Positions 27,203 to 33,378 of a stretch of DNA of 36,135 nucleotides are shown here, piece by piece. Made by a program: the position numbers and the translations under genes. Location of the stretch: positions 1-36,135 of the forward strand of contig JAAYBY010000107.1 of NCBI GenBank assembly GCA_012729935.1, given 5' to 3'. Within the stretch, counting starts at the first letter, position 1. Every line of letters starts with the position of its first letter. The stretch is from Clostridiaceae bacterium. GTDB taxonomy: Bacteria; Bacillota; Clostridia; Saccharofermentanales; UBA5734. Below the pieces are notes generated by a model. The model searched no databases. It had not been told where the DNA came from and was given only the letters and a program-made list of their open reading frames with translations.

Positions 27203-30088
27203 TTAGATGATCGGTTTAAGATCCGCTATAAATTTAAGTGGTTCGTCCAGCGGCTGTGCCTTCAGGCTGTCCTGATGTATCAGTTGAAGAACGATATCCT
27301 CTGTCATCGGTTGATTTTTGAAGACCCGAATCCGTTCAGTCAAATCCTGATTGAAGATGTTAAAGGCAAACAAGTGATCGGACTGGATCATCAGTCCGAG
27401 GCCATCCGGATCTCTTAAGGTCAGTTTTCTGATTTGCCGGAAGACACCTGGTTCAGCATCTGCACGACATAAGTGGCGCAGAGCAGCTTCGTAATGGTCA
27501 CTGCAGGGCTTAACAGGTATCAGACGACTGATTGAACGCTCAGGACCCAGGCCAAACCACGAAACCTGTTGCAGCGATCGCGCCGGATTCAGGCAAAAGC
27601 TGAAACAGGGCGGCGGCAGAATGCCGGTTCTGAGCGGCGTCAGACTGGCAAACAGACGAAGTGCGCCTTGTGCACTTATTTCATATCGCACATTCATCGC
27701 GTAATATGGCTCTACCCCGGCAGCCCCGATATGTGTCGTCATTTCAATGACCGCATTTTTCCCGTCACAGCCATCCTCGACCGATATGACCTGTGTCATC
27801 AAACGGTCAAATCCCGCTTCACTCCAGCGAACCCAGTCCGGCTCATCAACAGGCTCCGGCTGGCGAATCAAGCTGCAGCGCAGTCCGGCCAGCGGCGGAT
27901 GGCGCATCATATCACTGCCGGACAGGGTCAGCCGGCGTGGTGCGAGCCACTCTCGATCTCCTGTCCGCCAGCTTTCCAGGGTTGCATGAATCCTGTTAAA
28001 GACAAACCAGAACCGTGAACCGGATACAATCAGATGATGACGGTCGGACTCCAGCCTGAGCCGGCCACCCTGATGCTGGGTTCGCGGAATCGGTGAATCG
28101 GCAATCTGCAGCATGTGCTCCTGTATGGACAGTTCTTCATCAGGTTCATACCAGAAAAAATATTGGTTTGCGCTGACGGTCCAGCGGATCAGATAATCCG
28201 CGCCGTCTGAGAAATCAATATCCCCGTACCAGAGTTCAATCATCTGGCTGTGTCCTGGTTCAGCGACAACACCGTCCAGCGCACCCGCCAGAACCGGCTG
28301 TCCATTTCGAATTAATGACCAGTTAAATTTGAAACAATCTGCCTTTACCCGGCTCAAGCGATTTCTGATATTGAACGAACCAATGATCGGATTGATCGGT
28401 TCAATGACAATCGGTTCGATCTGTTTTGCCAGCGGCGGCAGGAGTTCCTGCGGTAACGCATGATCGAAAATACACCAAGGCTGCTCGTGTGCGTCTGGCA
28501 AACGGATCCAGCTGATGTCAGCCAATCTGGTAAGATCTTGAGACAATAGCCAGTTGTCGAGATGTCTGCCCAGATGGCTGAAATCAATCCCGTGAATCAA
28601 CCGGCTTGTATCCAGTTTTCGAACCTGGTCCAGCAGACGGTCCGCCAGCAGAGCCATCATTGAATCACTGCGGTCGATGTCGAGGAACAAACCGCAGGAC
28701 CACGCAATAATCGATGGATGATTGCGATCTCTTATGATCAGTCTGTTCAGGCGATCGAACATCCATTTTTCCGGTAGGGATTGTCTTTTTTTTGATAGTC
28801 CGCGAACCCATGACGGACTGGCTTGCAGCGGTGCATCCTCGATCACATAGAACCCGTAGATGTCACATAAATCGAGCATAATGGGATCCGGAGGTACATC
28901 GCAAAACCAGATCGCGTTCAAATGACTTCGCTTATAACGTTTCAGCTGCGTGATCAATTGCGGCAGATCGGCAGTCGGATCGACTTGACTGGCCAGAGAC
29001 CAGCGAATCGCTTTCAGTCGAACCGGTCTCTGATTGACGCTGAGACATTCATCATGCCAGTCCAGTTGCCGGAAGCCAACAGCTTGCTGAAGGCAAATCT
29101 GATCGTGGCCATGCTGGTCATGAACAGAGACAAACAGATCATACAAGACCGGATCCTCATCACTCCAGGGTCTGATGTCCCTGATAAGCAGACTGGCACG
29201 CAGAACGCCTGCTGTCTGGACTGGTGCCGGATAGCGATCCGGTTCAACCGGCTTCATCACGACAGACCAGCCGGCTTCATAAATCGACTGATTCGCATCA
29301 TACAAGGATGCATGCACGGTCGGCTGTTCCATGGCAATCCGGTAGGACAGCAGAACGGCAGAAAGATCGAGCCGCCAAGCCTGCTCCTGGTCAACCCATG
29401 TTGTCCGGACATGAAGATCATGGAGTGTCAAAGTTGGATGTGCTTCAAGATAGACGTCACGAATACAACCAAACCAGGGTTGATCGGGCTGTTGTTCCAG
29501 ATAGCTTCCGACATGGTACGGATAGATGATCAAGAATATCTCATTGTCTCCGTCATGGAGCAGCAGCGTGATATCGAAATCAGCCGGAAGACCACTCCCC
29601 TGCCCGTATCCGGCAAGTTTCCCGTTGACAAAGACATGACAGGCTGATCGAACACCCTGAAGAACAATTCGCTTACGGCAGCGTCCCCATAAAACAGGCA
29701 GCTGACAGGTTTTTCGGTAAACGAAAACCGGTTGTTCATCGCAAATAATCGGCGGATTGACCGGAAAAGGAAACGTATCGTCAGCGGTCAGCTCCGGGCA
29801 GATGCATGATTCTTCCGGGACAGGCCGCTTCTCAAATCCGGAGCGGAAAGAAAGAATATTCTCGGGTAACTGCAATACACTGGGATACATCCGAAAATCC
29901 CAGTCGCCCCGCAAGGACAAAACGTGTGGTGACAGGTATCTCCTGTGATCTGCTAAAGCATGTTTACAGCTGACCGAATCAGGAAATGGAACAAACGACG
30001 CATGCGGTGGAAGCATCAGTCGCTCAAGTATGTCCGGATTGTTCCAGTCAGGACTTGTTCCACGGCCAGGATAAATCGCAACGTTCAT
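27203..30088 (-). CDS. LacZ-like glycoside hydrolase family 2 homologue, apparently catalytically inactive
   Basis: 961 aa, colinear with E. coli LacZ by hand alignment (FPVNPP, VFVNGKLAGYGQGSGLPADFDIT, RDRNHPSIIAWS, WFGLGPE). WSLGNE is WSCGLF (28705-28685) and CEYAHAM is CIFDHAL (28474-28454). Confidence 0.8.
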   Translation of the reverse strand: MNVAIYPGRGTSPDWNNPDILERLMLPPHASFVPFPDSVSCKHALADHRRYLSPHVLSLRGDWDFRMYPSVLQLPENILSFRSGFEKRPVPEESCICPELTADDTFPFPVNPPIICDEQPVFVYRKTCQLPVLWGRCRKRIVLQGVRSACHVFVNGKLAGYGQGSGLPADFDITLLLHDGDNEIFLIIYPYHVGSYLEQQPDQPWFGCIRDVYLEAHPTLTLHDLHVRTTWVDQEQAWRLDLSAVLLSYRIAMEQPTVHASLYDANQSIYEAGWSVVMKPVEPDRYPAPVQTAGVLRASLLIRDIRPWSDEDPVLYDLFVSVHDQHGHDQICLQQAVGFRQLDWHDECLSVNQRPVRLKAIRWSLASQVDPTADLPQLITQLKRYKRSHLNAIWFCDVPPDPIMLDLCDIYGFYVIEDAPLQASPSWVRGLSKKRQSLPEKWMFDRLNRLIIRDRNHPSIIAWSCGLFLDIDRSDSMMALLADRLLDQVRKLDTSRLIHGIDFSHLGRHLDNWLLSQDLTRLADISWIRLPDAHEQPWCIFDHALPQELLPPLAKQIEPIVIEPINPIIGSFNIRNRLSRVKADCFKFNWSLIRNGQPVLAGALDGVVAEPGHSQMIELWYGDIDFSDGADYLIRWTVSANQYFFWYEPDEELSIQEHMLQIADSPIPRTQHQGGRLRLESDRHHLIVSGSRFWFVFNRIHATLESWRTGDREWLAPRRLTLSGSDMMRHPPLAGLRCSLIRQPEPVDEPDWVRWSEAGFDRLMTQVISVEDGCDGKNAVIEMTTHIGAAGVEPYYAMNVRYEISAQGALRLFASLTPLRTGILPPPCFSFCLNPARSLQQVSWFGLGPERSISRLIPVKPCSDHYEAALRHLCRADAEPGVFRQIRKLTLRDPDGLGLMIQSDHLFAFNIFNQDLTERIRVFKNQPMTEDIVLQLIHQDSLKAQPLDEPLKFIADLKPII

Positions 30089-30194
30089 ATTGATGTCCCT
30101 CAGTCAGTTGCTTCAGTCTACCCCTATCCTACCATGAATCGAAGACAGGCATCAATTTAATTCATGGATAAATCGCAACACATTCATCTCCCAT

Positions 30195-30235
30195 AGAAAA
30201 AACCGTAATGCTGAATTCAAATCAAGATTACGGTT
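30195..30235 (-). terminator. Rho-independent terminator, now orphaned next to the tRNA-Pro 3' fragment
   Basis: Minus strand: stem AACCGTAAT / ATTACGGTT (9 bp, 17-nt loop) followed by TTTTTTCT. It lies 6 nt beyond the displaced tRNA-Pro 3' end. Confidence 0.65.
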
Positions 30236-30241
30236 CTTATA

Positions 30242-30289
30242 TGGTCGGAGTGACAAGACTTGAACTTGCGACCTCTTGCACCCCAAGCA
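30242..30289 (-). repeat. Displaced 3' 48 nt of tRNA-Pro (distal att direct repeat)
   Basis: tggtcggagtgacaagacttgaacttgcgacctcttgcaccccaagca is identical, base for base by my reading, to 33195-33242. Confidence 0.9.
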
Positions 30290-30584
30290 CAACACACCAT
30301 AAATATGTCATATCTATCGGGATTTATAAGGGTATATTAGGTATTATAGGATGTTCTAAATCTTAATGACACCCCTTATTTCCTGCTATATACTTACTAT
30401 CTGCAATTTTAACTGCAATTCAACATTATTTGAAATAAGCAGATTGACATTTAAATATTGATCAGCTACAAATGTCGTTAAATTATACTGCACATATGAT
30501 CAATTATTTTATATGAATGTGTTTGTCTCACATTTTGTGGAAAGATTACTTATAGTTGATCGGGCTGTAAATTTACAAAATATC

Positions 30585-31931
30585 TCATGGATTACAATTC
30601 CCACAGGGAGAGTAGCCCTGAGCAATAATTTCACTCTTGCTCTGAGTTGTCTCAAGTTTGTTTTTCTCGCTCATTTGCTTTACGCTTTTACAGTCTGGAT
30701 AGTGAAATTTCTTAGTATTTGTATTCAGTATGTATTTTGTCCCTGAAGGACTATTAGTTGTTGATGTTGTCACCTTTGTTGTTTCTTTTATTGTCTCTTT
30801 CGTTTTACTTTCAGTTGGAGTAGTTAGATTGAATCCAGCTACCAATGTATTAGCATTTGCATTTCGTTCGACTGTATAAGTTACGCTCTTTCCATCACTT
30901 ACGAATATGATGTCTCCTTGCATATCTGTTCGCATAACCTTTGCATCTGCATCACGCAGCCTACTCAGTGTGTTATCTGTCGGATGGCCATATGAGTTAT
31001 TATTGCCTACCGAGATTACGGCAAATGTCGGCATTATCTCCCTTAAAAAAGGATACGTTGTTGAAGATTCGCTACCATGATGACCTACCTTTAGAACTGT
31101 GCTATCCAATTTAAAACCTTTATCCAGAATATCCTGTTCCTCTTCGCGTTCAGCATCACCAGCAAATAAAAAAGATATTTCGTCATGTATAACTTTTAAT
31201 ACGATTGAATTGTTGTTCGGATCATCACTTGTCCTAACTGGACCTAAAACCTGAACGCTTGCGCTGCCCAAAGAAAATGAATCGCCAACCTCGGGAACAA
31301 TAATGCCTCGATTCTGTTTATTTAAATACTTCACAAAGCTATTAAAAGCTTTACTGTCATACGATGTCGTAGGCGCAAAGGCATATTCAACGGTGGCATA
31401 ATTCAATGCACCCGCTAATCCACCAACATGATCTTCATGAGGGTGTGTATTTACAATATAGTTGAGGTGATCAACGCCCTGTTTCTTCAAGTAAGAATAA
31501 ATAAGATCTGAATCCTCAGCATTCCCACCGTCGATAAGCATTGATTCGCCATCACAAAGGACTAAACTTGCATCTGCTTGTCCAACATCAATAAAGTGTA
31601 CTTTCAAAATATCTGGAGTAATGATATCAGCCTGAATTGGTGCCCCTGTCTTATGAGTTGTTTGTGATACAGAATTGACCGTTGGCATTGAGGGTGACTC
31701 AATTGATTCCGATGTATTATCCGTTGATAAACTGGTTATTGCCAAAAGAGAAGCTCTACTGTCAGAATTATTTGAGAATATTCCTATAAACACTAAAAAA
31801 ACTATAAAAGAAACAAAGCCCTTGACCCAACCATTCCAATTTGGTTTGTGTCGCCACATAAATAATAAACCAATTGGTGGGAGCATCATTAACATCAAAA
31901 TAATGAACCAGGTCTTATTTTTAAATCTCAC
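30585..31931 (-). CDS. Membrane-anchored ComEC/Rec2-type metallo-beta-lactamase-fold hydrolase with a Thr/Ser-rich linker and a C-terminal Ada-like H/C/C/C zinc module
   Basis: Two N-terminal hydrophobic helices. MBL core FIDVGQADASLV...IDGG...NTHPHEDHVGG...VGHHGS. C-terminus KFHYPDCKSV...GYSPCGNCNP. GTG start with a GGGGA RBS. Confidence 0.75.
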   Translation of the reverse strand: MRFKNKTWFIILMLMMLPPIGLLFMWRHKPNWNGWVKGFVSFIVFLVFIGIFSNNSDSRASLLAITSLSTDNTSESIESPSMPTVNSVSQTTHKTGAPIQADIITPDILKVHFIDVGQADASLVLCDGESMLIDGGNAEDSDLIYSYLKKQGVDHLNYIVNTHPHEDHVGGLAGALNYATVEYAFAPTTSYDSKAFNSFVKYLNKQNRGIIVPEVGDSFSLGSASVQVLGPVRTSDDPNNNSIVLKVIHDEISFLFAGDAEREEEQDILDKGFKLDSTVLKVGHHGSESSTTYPFLREIMPTFAVISVGNNNSYGHPTDNTLSRLRDADAKVMRTDMQGDIIFVSDGKSVTYTVERNANANTLVAGFNLTTPTESKTKETIKETTKVTTSTTNSPSGTKYILNTNTKKFHYPDCKSVKQMSEKNKLETTQSKSEIIAQGYSPCGNCNP

Positions 31932-31969
31932 AATTTATCCCCAAATAAATTAAAATAGAATAATCAACT

Positions 31970-32458
31970 TTAAGGATCACAATTTCCGCAAGGACTAAAT
32001 CCTCTCGCAATTATGTTTTCTCTGGTATCGAACACTTCTTCACGGTTTTCAGGACTTATTTTTGCGGCAGAACCACAACCAGGTTCATGAAATTTCATCG
32101 TATTTGTATTTAAAACGTAATCGAGTTTCGTCGGTTCGCTATTTGTAGTTTCTATTGTTGTTTGCTTCACAGTTGTTTCAATCGAAGTTGGCTTTTGAGT
32201 TGTAGTGGTAGCCTGAGTTGTGGTGGTAGCTTGAGTTGTAGTGGTAGCTTGAGTTGTGGTGGTAGCCTGAGTTGTAGTGGTAGCTTGAGTTGTGGTGGTA
32301 GCTTGAGTTGTGGTGGCAGCCTTCTTAGTTGTTGTAGTTTTAGTGTCGTCAATAGTTGATGTTGTGCCTTGTGTAGATGTATTAGGTATTCCACATGAGG
32401 TAAACACAGCCAAACTAACTATTAACATAAGAAAAACAATATAGAAAATTCTTTTCAT
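31970..32458 (-). CDS. Small putative lipoprotein with a (A/T)TTTTQ x7 repeat linker and the same C-terminal H/C/C/C zinc module
   Basis: Signal peptide MKRIFYIVFLMLIVSLAVFTSC with a lipobox-like FTSC. Thr-rich repeats. C-terminus KFHEPGCGSA...GFSPCGNCDP. AAGGA RBS. Confidence 0.7.
   Translation of the reverse strand: MKRIFYIVFLMLIVSLAVFTSCGIPNTSTQGTTSTIDDTKTTTTKKAATTTQATTTTQATTTTQATTTTQATTTTQATTTTQATTTTQKPTSIETTVKQTTIETTNSEPTKLDYVLNTNTMKFHEPGCGSAAKISPENREEVFDTRENIIARGFSPCGNCDP
32195..32320. repeat. Seven tandem 18-bp in-frame repeats (encode ATTTTQ on the minus strand)
   Basis: Units are (c/t)tgagttgt(a/g)gtgg(t/c)agc. All unit-to-unit differences are synonymous except one (ACC to GCC, Thr to Ala, in the most upstream unit). 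Confidence 0.95.
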
Positions 32459-32511
32459 ATTACTATTTCCTTCTTTCTAATTTAAAATAATTAATAAGTA
32501 CACACATATGA

Positions 32512-32540
32512 ATTGTAATACAATATAAATTTATAAGCAA
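32512..32540 (-). promoter_or_regulatory. Candidate promoter of the islet two-gene cassette (-35 TTGCTT 32540-32535, 17-nt spacer, -10 TACAAT 32517-32512)
   Basis: Hexamers read on the minus strand, about 50 nt upstream of the lipoprotein ATG. Confidence 0.5.
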
Positions 32541-32679
32541 AAATGAGTTGAAGATCAACTAAATGTTCATTGGAGTTTTTTATCATGTCTGTTTTTTGTT
32601 TTATCGTGGTCAAAACATTAACCACTGTCGTCATCAATTCCTATAATCACCAGTATATAAATATATGGGAAAAAAATGA

Positions 32680-33150
32680 GTGGAATACTTTATTCGCATG
32701 ACAGGGTGCAGACGGTCAGAGGCAATCAACCTCAAGTGGACAGATATAGCAGAACAGATACACATTAGAGAAACAAAGACAGATGATTCTGACCGTTATA
32801 TTCCAATAGTTCAACCTGTTCAATCCATGTTAGACAGGCGCAGACTGACAAAAAATAGCGAATACGTGTTTGCCACTTCCAACGGAACACGCCTTGACGG
32901 TTCCAATCTGCTACGATGGATGAGAGAGAACACCAACTATACCGTCCATGATTTACGCCATACCTACATCACGCGTGGCGCACAGGCAGGGGTCAATCCA
33001 AAGGTTTTACAGACCTTGACAGGGCATAAAAGAATCGAAACACTTCTTAATATTTATACACACGTATCAGACCAAGACAGGACAGACGCTGCACAAAAAA
33101 CTGCTATCTGCATCGCATCTGCAATTCCAAGCGAAAAACCATCACCTTGA
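32680..33150 (+). pseudogene. Tyrosine recombinase (phage-type integrase) remnant: catalytic domain only, N-terminal core-binding domain missing
   Basis: 156 codons from a GTG with an in-frame TGA immediately upstream. The catalytic set is present: TGCRRSE (R), ETKTD (K), HDLRHT (H-x-x-R), GHKRIETLLNIYTHV (H...Y). The usual preceding ~150-200 residues are absent. Confidence 0.75.
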
Positions 33151-33194
33151 GGAAATGTAAAAACCCCGGAACCTTACATTCACAGGGCTTTTCG

Positions 33195-33271
33195 TGGTCG
33201 GAGTGACAAGACTTGAACTTGCGACCTCTTGCACCCCAAGCAAGCACTCTAGCCACCTGAGCTACACCCCG
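33195..33271 (-). tRNA. trnP: tRNA-Pro (anticodon GGG), CCA-3' encoded
   Basis: Hand-folded 77-nt cloverleaf. Acceptor CGGGGTG/CACTCCG, D-arm GCTC-AGGTGGCTA-GAGT, anticodon arm CTTGC-TTGGGGT-GCAAG, T-arm GCAAG-TTCAAGT-CTTGT, then A + CCA. Confidence 0.9.
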
Positions 33272-33283
33272 ACGCGCCTTATC

Positions 33284-33312
33284 ATTTTAGACAGCGGTCC
33301 ATCTTCTGTCAA
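33284..33312 (-). promoter_or_regulatory. tRNA-Pro promoter (-35 TTGACA 33312-33307, 17-nt spacer, -10 TAAAAT 33289-33284)
   Basis: Consensus -35 with exact spacing, 12 nt upstream of the tRNA 5' end. Confidence 0.7.
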
Positions 33313-33322
33313 GCAAAAGGGC

Positions 33323-33366
33323 GAAGAAAAACCGGTATCCGTGCTTTTCTTATAACGGATACCGGT
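33323..33366 (-). terminator. Rho-independent terminator of pnp
   Basis: Minus strand: 11-bp perfect stem ACCGGTATCCG / CGGATACCGGT, 14-nt loop, then TTTTTCTTC. Confidence 0.8.
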
Positions 33367-33378
33367 CTGTTTGCTTAA

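Larger units (their letters stand above)
30242..33242. mobile_element. Degenerate tRNA-Pro-integrated islet (about 2.9 kb between 48-bp direct repeats) with a truncated integrase and two cargo genes
   Basis: Direct repeats equal the tRNA 3' half. The integrase remnant is adjacent to the intact tRNA. Composition is AT-rich: hand counts give 16/60 G+C for the line at 30301 and 24/60 at 31021, versus 30/60 at 27001. Confidence 0.8.

Noticed and set aside
27569-29647. Plus-strand ORFs of 149, 80, 68, 241 and 101 aa
   Set aside because: All are embedded antisense in the 961-codon GH2-like gene, whose LacZ colinearity is convincing.
30444-30746. Possible plus-strand promoter (TTGACA-17-TACAAA at 30444-30472) and a 77-aa ORF at 30513-30746
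   Set aside because: The ORF has no RBS, overlaps the 3' end of the MBL gene by 162 nt on the opposite strand, and looks like AT-rich noise. The promoter match is weak at the -10. At most it could drive an antisense RNA, which I cannot support.
32162-32394. Repeat-containing ORFs SLSCGG... (plus strand) and LKLPPQ... (minus strand)
   Set aside because: These are alternative-frame readings of the 18-bp tandem repeat. The frame giving a signal peptide, Thr linker and zinc module (31970-32458) is the coherent one. The array is also not CRISPR: the units are contiguous with no spacers.
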